A DNA stretch of 64,000 nucleotides from a virus. The notes beneath the pieces are model-generated. The model worked only from the letters and a program-made list of their open reading frames with translations, made no database searches and was not told where the DNA came from. Numbering within the stretch: position 1 is the first letter of the stretch; each line of letters begins with the position of its first letter. This document shows, in pieces, positions 27,691 through 36,474 of this stretch. A program made the position numbers and the translations under genes. The stretch is from positions 3,314 through 67,313 of the IMG/VR virus record IMGVR_UViG_3300044837_000077. One strand, 5' to 3'.

Positions 27691-29711
27691 TGGGCAACAA
27701 GAGTCTCCCGACAATCGCATCGGGACAGCTTCAACCGTATCAGACGTCTAACGACGCGGACGACGCGCTCGATCTAGCGTTTTCCGACCTGCTAACGGTC
27801 GATATGTCGAGTGGCGACCACGCGCTCACCAGTGCCGAATTTACGCGAGCGGTCTGTTTTGCGACTACGGGTAACTCCGTGTTGCGTACGCTGACTATTC
27901 CCGCGACGAAGAGTCTGTTCATCGTTAATAACGGCGGTAGCCATGCACTCAACGTGACTCGTGGTTCTACGACGGTATCGCTGATTGCTGGCGACGTCGG
28001 CCTTTTCTACACAGACGGCACGACCAACGGGCTGTTATCGCTTGGCGTCAGCGGCGGCGGTGGTGGCGCGGCAGGCGGCGACCTTGCCGGGACGTATCCC
28101 AACCCGACGATCAAGACTTCCGTAGCGCTCGGCGGTTCTCCGACTACCACGACGCAGTCGCCTAGCGATAACTCGACCAAGATTTCGACCACGGCTTTCG
28201 TGACGGCGGCGATAGCCGCCATCGTGGGAGGAGTGGTTTATAAGGGAACATGGAACGCCACCACGAATAGCCCAGCGATCACCTCGGGTTCCGGCACCCT
28301 AGGATGGTTCTACAAGGTGGCCACGGCAGGCACCACGACCGTTGATGGCAATTCGTCCTGGATAGTCGGAGACATCCTTCTATTTGACGGCACCGCCTGG
28401 GATAAGCTCGACGGTAACCCGGGCGAAGTGATCAGCGTCGCGGGCCGCACTGGAGCGGTCACCCTGGCAGTAGGCGACGTATCGGGCGCCGCGCCGCTAG
28501 CTAACCCGACGTTTACTGGCGATCCGCAGGCGCCCACTCCTTCACCCGGCGATAACGATACCTCGATCGCCACGACTGCTTTCGTCACTGCAGCTATCGG
28601 CAGCGGGGCGCCTCCCTCAGGCTCTGCCGGCGGCGATCTGTCGGGCACGTTCCCGAATCCCACGGTGGCAAAAGTGAACGGCGCCATCGTGCCCACGAGC
28701 GCAGTCGCTGTGGCGAGTAACGGAAGCGCGCAGTTGATCGCCGCGACTACGACTGGATCTGGTAGCACGGTGGTTCTCGCGACCGGACCGACGCTCACTA
28801 ACCCTATCGTTGGCACGCAGTCGCCTGGCGATAACTCCACCAAAGCGGCGAGCACCGCTTATGCCGATGCGGCAGTCGCGGCAGTAGTTGGTGGAATGGT
28901 GTTCAAGGGAACATGGAACGCCACGACGAACTCGCCGACTATCACCTCTGGTTCGGGCACGCTCGGCTGGTTTTACAAGGTCGCGACCGCGGGAACGACG
29001 ACCGTAGACGGTAACTCGTCTTGGATCATTGGCGACCTGTTGCTCTACGACGGGTCAGCGTGGCTCAAGATCGACGGGAACACGACCGAGGTCACGAGCG
29101 TCTTCGGTCGGGTAGGCGCCGTGGTGCTGGCACTGACTGATATTCCGGCGCAGGCCGACGGGACGATCCTAGCAAACATCTCTGGCGGTTCGTCGACCCC
29201 GCTGGCCGACACGCTAACCGCGATCCTCGACCACGTCATGGGATCGACGCGCGGCATGATCTTGTACCGCGGCGCGTCGGCCTGGGCAGCGCTGGCGGCG
29301 GGTACGGCGGGACAGTTCTTGCAGACGCAAGGGACCAGCGGAGATCTGTTGTGGGTGAGCGAGCCGTATGTTGTCAGCGGCTACTTTTCGGGCATGCCTA
29401 CGGCTTCCGCGAGCAAGGTGCTCCTATCTGTCCCCATCACGCAGGCGGTCACGTTCGCGGCGAACTTCGCGGGCTGCTACATGAAGCTGCGCGGTACGAC
29501 AGCGACCGCATCGACAGCTGTTGATATCCAAAAGAATGGCTCCAGCATCGGCACTGCAACGTTCGCTATCAGCGGCAGTTCGGCCACGTTCACATCAACC
29601 GGTGGGTTAGCGCAGTCGTTCGCGGCAGGTGATCTGTTTGCGCTGGTCTTACCGGCTACGCCGGATGCGACTGCCGATAATATGGGCTGGGCCTTCACGA
29701 GCACACGCTGA
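27690..29711 (+). CDS. Tail fibre with internal repeats
   Basis: Two copies of KGTWNATTNSP.ITSGSGTLGWFYKVATAGTT..., three DN.T..ATTA(F/Y) motifs, SV.GR.GAV.L. Confidence 0.85.
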   Translation: MGNKSLPTIASGQLQPYQTSNDADDALDLAFSDLLTVDMSSGDHALTSAEFTRAVCFATTGNSVLRTLTIPATKSLFIVNNGGSHALNVTRGSTTVSLIAGDVGLFYTDGTTNGLLSLGVSGGGGGAAGGDLAGTYPNPTIKTSVALGGSPTTTTQSPSDNSTKISTTAFVTAAIAAIVGGVVYKGTWNATTNSPAITSGSGTLGWFYKVATAGTTTVDGNSSWIVGDILLFDGTAWDKLDGNPGEVISVAGRTGAVTLAVGDVSGAAPLANPTFTGDPQAPTPSPGDNDTSIATTAFVTAAIGSGAPPSGSAGGDLSGTFPNPTVAKVNGAIVPTSAVAVASNGSAQLIAATTTGSGSTVVLATGPTLTNPIVGTQSPGDNSTKAASTAYADAAVAAVVGGMVFKGTWNATTNSPTITSGSGTLGWFYKVATAGTTTVDGNSSWIIGDLLLYDGSAWLKIDGNTTEVTSVFGRVGAVVLALTDIPAQADGTILANISGGSSTPLADTLTAILDHVMGSTRGMILYRGASAWAALAAGTAGQFLQTQGTSGDLLWVSEPYVVSGYFSGMPTASASKVLLSVPITQAVTFAANFAGCYMKLRGTTATASTAVDIQKNGSSIGTATFAISGSSATFTSTGGLAQSFAAGDLFALVLPATPDATADNMGWAFTSTR

Positions 29712-30712
29712 TGACAGACTTCGCCCCGCACACACTGACTAACAACTATTCGACGTCTCCGTACCTTGCGCATGCGTCGGATTCTGATATCAATTTCCAC
29801 GCTTTCCACGCTTTTGATGGAAACCTAAGCGTTCCATGGGCGGGGGATACCGCTGGCGTCGGATGGCTCGGGATCGATTTAGGATTGGGACTTGCCCCTT
29901 TTGCGCCGCGTAACATGTCGAGCAATACGGCGCCCAGTCCCTATGTGGCGTCTGCGTCAAGCGTATACGACGCCACCAATACTGCTGCTTGGCACGCGTT
30001 CGACGGGATCACTACTGGCTTCGGTACTTATTGGTTAGGGACAGGCGCTGGCGTCGATTGGTTGGAACTCGATTTGGGTTCAGGTACCACGAAAATCCTC
30101 GGGGTGTACGACGTACAGATTATGACGCTAGCATTTCCCGGTGAAGCGCCGAAAAACTGGACGATGCAGGGATCGAACAATGGCAGCACCTGGACCACGG
30201 TCGACACGCGAACTAACGAAACGTCATGGGGGCCTGGCGAGATCCGCTCATACACGGCCGCGACACAGACGACGGCCTATCGTTATTTCCGCTTGAACAT
30301 CACCGCCAACAACGGAGATCCGTACACAAATGTTGATGAGCTATGGCTCTATGAAGCCGGAACGAGTCCCGGTGTAGGCGCTTACTCGCAACAACTCGGC
30401 AGTTACGCGATTAAATTCGATACATCGGGTACCACTAACGTCAATTCGGCGCCCAAAAGCTGGACCGTAGATGGCTCCAATGACGGCAAGACCTGGACCA
30501 CGGTCGATACTCGCACCAGTGAAACGTCTTGGACGAGCGGGCAACTGCGCACCTACACCTGCGGCAGCCCGAGTGGCACCGCGTTTCGATTTTGGCGGAT
30601 CAATATCACCGCGAACAACGGCAATTCGACGAACACCACGATTGGCGAGTTATATCTATACACGCCGGTTTCGGTGGCCGCTACGCAGCCCGTTATTTTC
30701 ACGGCAACCTAG
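29711..30712 (+). CDS. Discoidin/F5-8-like (CBM32-type) carbohydrate-binding virion protein
   Basis: AFDG, WL..DLG, PK.W...GSN.G.TWT.VD, (Y/F)R(Y/F).R.NIT motifs, each present twice. Confidence 0.8.
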   Translation: MTDFAPHTLTNNYSTSPYLAHASDSDINFHAFHAFDGNLSVPWAGDTAGVGWLGIDLGLGLAPFAPRNMSSNTAPSPYVASASSVYDATNTAAWHAFDGITTGFGTYWLGTGAGVDWLELDLGSGTTKILGVYDVQIMTLAFPGEAPKNWTMQGSNNGSTWTTVDTRTNETSWGPGEIRSYTAATQTTAYRYFRLNITANNGDPYTNVDELWLYEAGTSPGVGAYSQQLGSYAIKFDTSGTTNVNSAPKSWTVDGSNDGKTWTTVDTRTSETSWTSGQLRTYTCGSPSGTAFRFWRINITANNGNSTNTTIGELYLYTPVSVAATQPVIFTAT

Positions 30713-30722
30713 GGAGAAGCGT

Positions 30723-30896
30723 GTGACTGATTTCGAAAAGCAGGCCGAGGCAGCGCTGGCCAAGGAAACGCTGAAGGCAAAGAGTTGGTGGGCGACGAAC
30801 CGCGAGGAAGCGATCGCGCTTATCTGTATAGCGCTCGCAGTAGGACTCTTGCTGGGGACGCTGGTCGGCTACCTACTGCGCGGGCCGCACGCGTGA
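30723..30896 (+). CDS. Small single-TM protein (holin/antiholin candidate)
   Basis: GGAG RBS; hydrophobic stretch IALICIALAVGLLLGTLVGYLL; coupled to endolysin. Confidence 0.6.
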   Translation: MTDFEKQAEAALAKETLKAKSWWATNREEAIALICIALAVGLLLGTLVGYLLRGPHA

Positions 30897-31444
30897 TCCT
30901 GGCCAGCGACATCATCGACGGCATCCTGGCGCGCGAGGGACTCAAGTTCACCGACCGGCCCGACGATAAGGGCGGTCCCACCTTTTGCGGGATCACACTG
31001 GCCACGCTGCGCGCTTGGAGGGCGCCAGCCGCGACTTCGGTTGATGACCTTAAATCGCTGGACCCGCAGACGGTGCGCTCCATCTACCAGCACATGTATG
31101 TGACTGCGCCCGGATTCGGCCAGATCGCCGACCAGGCGCTGCAAGCGCTCGTCGTCGACGCAGGCGTACAGCACAGTCAGGAGGAGGCCGCCAAGATGGT
31201 CCAGCGGGCCGTCGGGGTCATCGTCGACGGGCATTTGGGCGCGGTGTCACTCTCCGCGATCAATTCTCACGAGGCGACGTCGCTGCGGATGCTGGTGTGT
31301 GGCGCCCGAATCCGTCTTTACGGCGCGTTGGTCGCGCACGATCCAAAGCTCACCCTGGCGCGTGCCGCCGGGTACGAGCTCCAAGCCGACAACGCCTTAG
31401 GCTGGGCCAACAGAATCGCGCAATTTGTTGAGATAATTACGTGA
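30893..31444 (+). CDS. Endolysin, glycoside hydrolase family 108
   Basis: REG....DDKGGPT..GIT, D.GV, Q.AVGV.VDG..G, GWANR. Confidence 0.88.
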   Translation: MILASDIIDGILAREGLKFTDRPDDKGGPTFCGITLATLRAWRAPAATSVDDLKSLDPQTVRSIYQHMYVTAPGFGQIADQALQALVVDAGVQHSQEEAAKMVQRAVGVIVDGHLGAVSLSAINSHEATSLRMLVCGARIRLYGALVAHDPKLTLARAAGYELQADNALGWANRIAQFVEIIT

Positions 31445-31510
31445 ACCACGGCAAAGCCGGCCTGCGAAAAAGACGCTATAAAGCAGCGTCTATTTTACAG
31501 ACGGTGCCGC

Positions 31511-31750
31511 ATGAAAATAGTCTATCGCTACCTCGTCGACCATCTCACCAAAGCGCTCGGCGCGCTCGGCACGGCCATTATGGGACTCGCCTTGCTCGAT
31601 CCGGCCACGGTTCACCAAGCGGCGGTGACGTATCTGGGCGACAAATCGTTGCCGAAGATCGGCATAGCTCTATTTGTTATGGTCATCTTTCGGGGCTGGT
31701 ATACGGGGAACAAGGCCAAGCAGTCTCAGGCTGCCCCGCCAACAGCGTAG
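31511..31750 (+). CDS. Holin-like two-TM protein
   Basis: Two hydrophobic segments; follows endolysin. Confidence 0.65.
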   Translation: MKIVYRYLVDHLTKALGALGTAIMGLALLDPATVHQAAVTYLGDKSLPKIGIALFVMVIFRGWYTGNKAKQSQAAPPTA

Positions 31751-31774
31751 CGACGAAGGCGTGGGTAGTAGCCC

Positions 31775-32158
31775 GTGGATGAAAGCGAGGACTTCGGTTC
31801 CACCACGTCAGTTCTCATCGAGCGCGCTCCGGGACTTGCCTGGTTGCCGCGAGCATTCAGGCAGCGCCTCACCCCTGCCGCGCTCGCGAGCGCTATCACC
31901 GCGTTATGCATAGCCATCGCGTATGTCATCAACGCGCAGCACGACATACACAACGCGCAGAATGACGTTCACCGGCTCCAGGAGTCCGTTGCAAGTCTTG
32001 AGCAGGATCGAGAGGTTCTGCACAAAATCGACACGCAGCTAGCGGTCATGAACGGTAAAGTAGACACCATTGCGGACGAAGTGGATAGGCAAAGGCAGTG
32101 GCGTGAGCATGTTGAAACGGTGGCCGAAACGCCTTCATATGCGAGGAGACGACGTTGA
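31775..32158 (+). CDS. Membrane-anchored coiled-coil protein
   Basis: One TM followed by heptad-like region; lysis region. Confidence 0.6.
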   Translation: MDESEDFGSTTSVLIERAPGLAWLPRAFRQRLTPAALASAITALCIAIAYVINAQHDIHNAQNDVHRLQESVASLEQDREVLHKIDTQLAVMNGKVDTIADEVDRQRQWREHVETVAETPSYARRRR

Positions 32159-32436
32159 CAGACCCCACCAAGGACGACGGGAATGAGGATTTGAACACCG
32201 CGCGTCATCGGGAAATCCTGGACCGCTTGCAGAACAATCGCGAGAAAAGCGCGCAGGAACACGGCGCCATCGTCACCGTCGTAAATGAGCAGAACCGCGA
32301 GACGAGGGCGCATATCGCGAGCGAGGTCGGGGCGGTCTCTAAGGAAATGCGTTTTTTCAAGAACTTCCAGGAGCGGATGCTCAAAGCGATGAAGCGATTC
32401 TTAAACCGCCACGGCATCGGGAGTGATGACATATGA
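32155..32436 (+). CDS. Hypothetical protein
   Basis: Coupled ORF with AGGAG RBS. Confidence 0.55.
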   Translation: MTDPTKDDGNEDLNTARHREILDRLQNNREKSAQEHGAIVTVVNEQNRETRAHIASEVGAVSKEMRFFKNFQERMLKAMKRFLNRHGIGSDDI

Positions 32437-32912
32437 CGCCTCTGCTGTACGCCAAGATTGGGGGCGTCATGATGCTGATCGCGCTGCTATTCGGCGCCGG
32501 CTATCACCTCGGCGGACTCTCGGCGGACGACAAGCTGAATGCGTATAAAACCGCCGTGGAAGCGCAACACGCGGCGCAGTTGCAGGCCGTCGTCACGACT
32601 ATGGATGAACACGATCACCAGGCAGCGCTTGAGCGTATGGCGAACCAGAAGGTAATTGACACCTATGACCTACAAAAGAACCTGCCTCCTATTACTGCTG
32701 GCCTCGTTGAGCGCATGCGCCTCGTTGAAGCCGCCGCCGCCTGCGCCGATGATAGTGGACTGCCAAAAACCGGAGCCGTGGCCGGCGGAGCTCAAGCAGC
32801 CAGCGGAATTCCCCGCAGCGATCCAGAAGCTGAACGACTACTACAAGCTGCGCTCGACGCAGCCGATAGGGATTCCGGGCGGCTCAACGCCGCCGTGAAG
32901 CTCGCGCCGTGA
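32433..32912 (+). CDS. Rz: i-spanin (Rz-like)
   Basis: N-terminal TM plus coiled coil; contains a nested lipoprotein gene. Confidence 0.8.
   Translation: MTPLLYAKIGGVMMLIALLFGAGYHLGGLSADDKLNAYKTAVEAQHAAQLQAVVTTMDEHDHQAALERMANQKVIDTYDLQKNLPPITAGLVERMRLVEAAAACADDSGLPKTGAVAGGAQAASGIPRSDPEAERLLQAALDAADRDSGRLNAAVKLAP
32665..32898 (+). CDS. Rz1: o-spanin lipoprotein nested in Rz
   Basis: MTYKRTCLLLLLASLSAC lipobox, Pro-rich mature part, +1 frame inside Rz. Confidence 0.82.
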   Translation: MTYKRTCLLLLLASLSACASLKPPPPAPMIVDCQKPEPWPAELKQPAEFPAAIQKLNDYYKLRSTQPIGIPGGSTPP

Positions 32913-33091
32913 AAGAAACGCGCGCCAGATCGCTCCATTACGGCAATATGTATTACCTGGGTACGGTCGAGGTCGAACGCTGGCACGCCGCGATCGCCAC
33001 CATCTGCGCTGCGCGCCTCGTGGCCGAGCGGCGACGCATCTATGTCCGCTTGCCAGAGCCACGTCCCACGGCAATGCAATTGGCGGTGTAG
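32909..33091 (+). CDS. Hypothetical protein
   Basis: GTGA-coupled ORF only. Confidence 0.4.
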   Translation: MKETRARSLHYGNMYYLGTVEVERWHAAIATICAARLVAERRRIYVRLPEPRPTAMQLAV

Positions 33092-33094
33092 CCC

Positions 33095-33373
33095 GTGCTC
33101 GTGCATTTGGATCGCGATCTTGAATTGGATTTTATTCGCGAGTTTGCGGTATGCGGCGAGATGTTCGGCGGCCTGAGCGCCGATGACCGGCGCGAACGGA
33201 TCCGAGTCGCGATCTTCACCCACAAACTCGCGCACGCGCCGTTCAGGGATACCGGCATGAACTACGCCTCGGCGTACCAAAAATGCTACGGGCGCCCGAT
33301 TGAAATGCGTCGCACGCCGCGCAGTGCGCCGCAGCATGTCGCCGTGCCGTCGGAGGAAGACGACAATGAGTAG
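33095..33373 (+). CDS. Hypothetical protein, paralog of 61588-61857
   Basis: DDRRERIR.AI...NYA.A....YG.P shared. Confidence 0.7.
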   Translation: MLVHLDRDLELDFIREFAVCGEMFGGLSADDRRERIRVAIFTHKLAHAPFRDTGMNYASAYQKCYGRPIEMRRTPRSAPQHVAVPSEEDDNE

Positions 33374-33514
33374 CGCGGCATGCCCGATAGACGGAATAAC
33401 GGAGGCGGATGCAGAGTCTGCTGTCGATGCAGCCGTCATTTCAACAGGTCGATCATTACACGCTGCTCGCATACGCCAGAGCGGAACTCAAGCTCCTGCG
33501 CGCCGAGACTCGCG

Positions 33515-33700
33515 ATGAGCGATTGGTTCGACTACCAAGCCAAGAAGACCGCGCCAAAGCCATCCCGCAAGCGCAAGCCTCCGGCTAAGCCCACGCAAGA
33601 ATACACACCGAAGGATAACGAGTCGGGGATGAAGGTCGAGGAAGCGGACAGCAGTCCGTCGATGATCCAGCGCATTTTCGGTAAGAGGCAGGACTGGTAA
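33515..33700 (+). CDS. Hypothetical basic protein
   Basis: ATG ORF with phage-like codon use; last gene of late strand. Confidence 0.5.
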   Translation: MSDWFDYQAKKTAPKPSRKRKPPAKPTQEYTPKDNESGMKVEEADSSPSMIQRIFGKRQDW

Positions 33701-33807
33701 AGGCCCAATCTCGATGCGCGGTTTCTTCGTCTTCTTTTACCGCGTGTCGGGCCCTTCGGCCCCGCGGTCCTCAACTGGAGGCGGGGCTGCTTTTTGCGTC
33801 TCCCCGA

Positions 33808-34524
33808 CTAGCGATAATGTTCGCGTATCCATGCATGCTTAATTTTCACTGCGTCCGACCAAGGATCCGAATGGCCGTGCATGATTACGATCTTCGCTCT
33901 AGAGGGAAGTATCCCGCTTGGCATGATCTCGTTTCGGTACGAGTAGACGCCCTCGAGCATCGTGAACCTGGCCTCATCAGGTCCCAGGCACGCACCGATC
34001 CAGGCCTGATCCGATCCGATGTAGCGTAGCTTTCTCGCCATCGCGGGCGATGTCTTAGGGTCGAACTTCTCCCAAAGCTGCGTCCGCGTACCGGCACGGT
34101 GATAGATCAGCGAGCCGTTGTACGGCGTGCCGCGCGCGGTGTCCCCATAGATCTTGAAGTCCAGGTCGGTCTCGAAGAGATCGGTAATCTCCCGGCATAT
34201 GACGACGTCTAGGTCGATCGAACAGATGCGAGGTCCGAACTGTGCAGCCGCCTCGCGGGAGAACATCTTCAGGCGCCGGTAACAGGATGGATATGCCTGA
34301 CCGTGCGGCGAGAGTACGTTGGCGTGGTCGCTCCACAACTCGATCGTACGCACGGCGGGAACTATGCCTCGCGGATCGTCCGTGACGCAGACGAGTTCGA
34401 AAGGTTTCAGGTAGTGTCGCGTCAGCATAGAGTGCAGCACGTTCACTGTGGCTGCGTCGAATTTCGAGCGGTAGCCGGAAGGCGGTTTCCATTTGAAGCA
34501 CACGAAGACCAGATGCTGGCTCAC
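33808..34524 (-). CDS. Glycosyltransferase, GT-A fold
   Basis: VCFKW, VCVTDD, IDLDVVI (DxD), YNGS, SDQAWI, HG..DPW. Confidence 0.8.
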   Translation of the reverse strand: MSQHLVFVCFKWKPPSGYRSKFDAATVNVLHSMLTRHYLKPFELVCVTDDPRGIVPAVRTIELWSDHANVLSPHGQAYPSCYRRLKMFSREAAAQFGPRICSIDLDVVICREITDLFETDLDFKIYGDTARGTPYNGSLIYHRAGTRTQLWEKFDPKTSPAMARKLRYIGSDQAWIGACLGPDEARFTMLEGVYSYRNEIMPSGILPSRAKIVIMHGHSDPWSDAVKIKHAWIREHYR

Positions 34525-35252
34525 GGGTAGATCCTGCGATACGGGAACGACAGGGCGAGCGGTTTCCAGTTCTTGACGCCCGCACGCTCGGCCTTGACGC
34601 GTCGGATGCCGACCTTGTCCTCCGGCTGCTTTCGCAGATAGTGGGTCGTGGATGCATCGGCTTGAGTCTCGCGCGGCACGCGAACGAGGTGCTCTGGAAG
34701 CGTGATGAAGTCTGTGCAGACGTCGCGCAGACGGTCTCGAAAGTCGGCATCGGTCCCATAGAAGCCGGCGAAGCGCTCGTCGTAACCGCCGGTGCGCCAG
34801 TACATCTGCTTGGTCACGCCCCACGAGTTCGGGTGGGGTTTATAGGGCGTCGTCTCGATCAGTCCGTCCTGCGTGCGCTCGAGGGTGGTGCGCGCAAACC
34901 GATAGACGTAGTCCTTTCGAAGTTTGTGCATGACCAGGCGCGCGACGGTGTCCTGCGGGATCAGATGATCGATGTCGGTCAGCAGCAGCCAGGGCGTCTC
35001 AGCGTGATGTGCCGCGATGTTGCGGGCGGCGTCCTGGTTCCAGCGCACATCGACACCGATCTTGAAGATGGCCAGCGGGCAGCCGATGTCCCACCCCTTG
35101 GCATCGCCGTCCGGCGAGCCGTCGTCCACCACAATCACGGCTATTCTGGACAGCACATCATGGCTCATTGATCTGATACGCTCGAACTGCAGTTCGAGTT
35201 GGCCGGCGTTGCGATAATAAGGCAGACAGATCGTCAGGGTTCGCTTTGCCAT
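34521..35252 (-). CDS. Glycosyltransferase, GT2/GT7-like
   Basis: PYY, VVDDGS, WNQDAARN, LTDID, GGYDERFAG.YG.D. Confidence 0.85.
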   Translation of the reverse strand: MAKRTLTICLPYYRNAGQLELQFERIRSMSHDVLSRIAVIVVDDGSPDGDAKGWDIGCPLAIFKIGVDVRWNQDAARNIAAHHAETPWLLLTDIDHLIPQDTVARLVMHKLRKDYVYRFARTTLERTQDGLIETTPYKPHPNSWGVTKQMYWRTGGYDERFAGFYGTDADFRDRLRDVCTDFITLPEHLVRVPRETQADASTTHYLRKQPEDKVGIRRVKAERAGVKNWKPLALSFPYRRIYP

Positions 35253-35854
35253 GCTGTCTTCAGGCCTTCTCGGTCGATCTTGTTGAAACACCGGACGCTC
35301 GACGCGCCGTACATCCACACCTCGATGCCGGCGCTGCGCAGCTGCGTCGCGGCGGTATCGTACTGCTTCGACCACTCGGCGATCTTGGCGGGCTTCGAGC
35401 CGCCGCCGTTCTTCCAGGCGTAGTCTGGGAACCAATGTCGTTCGCCTTTAGGGCCCGGCCGGGAGTCCAGGCCGACGAGGTAGAGACGGCGCGGGCGCAG
35501 CAGGTAGGCTAAATTTAGGGCGCAGAAGCCGGAGTGGGTGCCGTTGAGCGTGTCCGGCGTGACTGATAGCGTCGTCGAGGTGTGATCGCAGTCGAACGCG
35601 GTCACGCGAGGCACGTCCTGCCATCTGACGATATTGCGCAGCGTCGAGCGCCGTAGCCATAGCGACTTGCCAAACTTCACGACCCGCGCGAAACGAGCCT
35701 CGACCCACATCCGGTCCATGCTGACGACGAAGTCAACGCGAGGTGCGTAGATTGCCGCGTCGTTCACCGCGATGACCTTACCCGGCAGCCAGTGCAGGTC
35801 AACGCCCGACGCCGACCAGCCGCCCGCCAGGAGCGTGATCGCGCTCGCGCTCAC
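35234..35854 (-). CDS. GT29/MptE-like Rossmann protein, paralog of 9688-10422
   Basis: LAGGWS, VIAVND, HSGFCALNLAYL, LYLVGLD, HWF. Confidence 0.72.
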   Translation of the reverse strand: MSASAITLLAGGWSASGVDLHWLPGKVIAVNDAAIYAPRVDFVVSMDRMWVEARFARVVKFGKSLWLRRSTLRNIVRWQDVPRVTAFDCDHTSTTLSVTPDTLNGTHSGFCALNLAYLLRPRRLYLVGLDSRPGPKGERHWFPDYAWKNGGGSKPAKIAEWSKQYDTAATQLRSAGIEVWMYGASSVRCFNKIDREGLKTAWQSEP

Positions 35855-36474
35855 GCGCGAAACCAGAAGGTGCTGAACTTCGGACCGTGGTAAATCACGC
35901 GCGCCTGGGCGAACGTGCGCTCGAGTAAATGCGCCCACTCTGGACGATCGCGTCGCACATCGACGATCAATTGCGTCTGTCCGCGGATGACACAGCCGAT
36001 AACTAAGTCGAGATAGGTTTCGGGCGGGTAGTGAAAGCACCAGCTCTTGAGGGAGATCACCAGATCGAAAAAGCTCGGCGCTGTCGGGTGCACATGCCCG
36101 GCGTCGATCGAGCGCACGTCGCGCACGCCATTGAGGTGTAGAAAATCGCGCGCGACGTCGAAATTCGAGAATGTTTGCGAGTGCCGCACCATCCGAGGCT
36201 CGTCGTGCGTCCCGTCGAGCAGCGTGACCGAGCAATCGCCACCATAATGATGATTGAGCAGCACATTGATACCACCCATTCCGCCGCCGATGTCCAAGAT
36301 GGCGTCGCACTGCTCAGGCAGATACGGCTCGAAGCACGCAAATTCGCTTGCCAGCATGTCGGCGTAACGTCCGCACCAGATCGCGGGATCATCCTTCATG
36401 TCATCGATCGCGCCTCGCTGGGCCACCAGATATGGGTACACGGTCTCGGATATCACGAGCGATGGCGGGCTCAT
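35851..36474 (-). CDS. Class I SAM-dependent methyltransferase
   Basis: ILDIGGGMGG motif I; FDLVIS..SWCFHYP. Confidence 0.85.
   Translation of the reverse strand: MSPPSLVISETVYPYLVAQRGAIDDMKDDPAIWCGRYADMLASEFACFEPYLPEQCDAILDIGGGMGGINVLLNHHYGGDCSVTLLDGTHDEPRMVRHSQTFSNFDVARDFLHLNGVRDVRSIDAGHVHPTAPSFFDLVISLKSWCFHYPPETYLDLVIGCVIRGQTQLIVDVRRDRPEWAHLLERTFAQARVIYHGPKFSTFWFRA

Noticed and set aside
33748-33763. Terminator between the convergent late and GT operons
   Set aside because: Hairpin CGGGCC-CTTC-GGCCCG is present but has no adjacent U-tract on either strand
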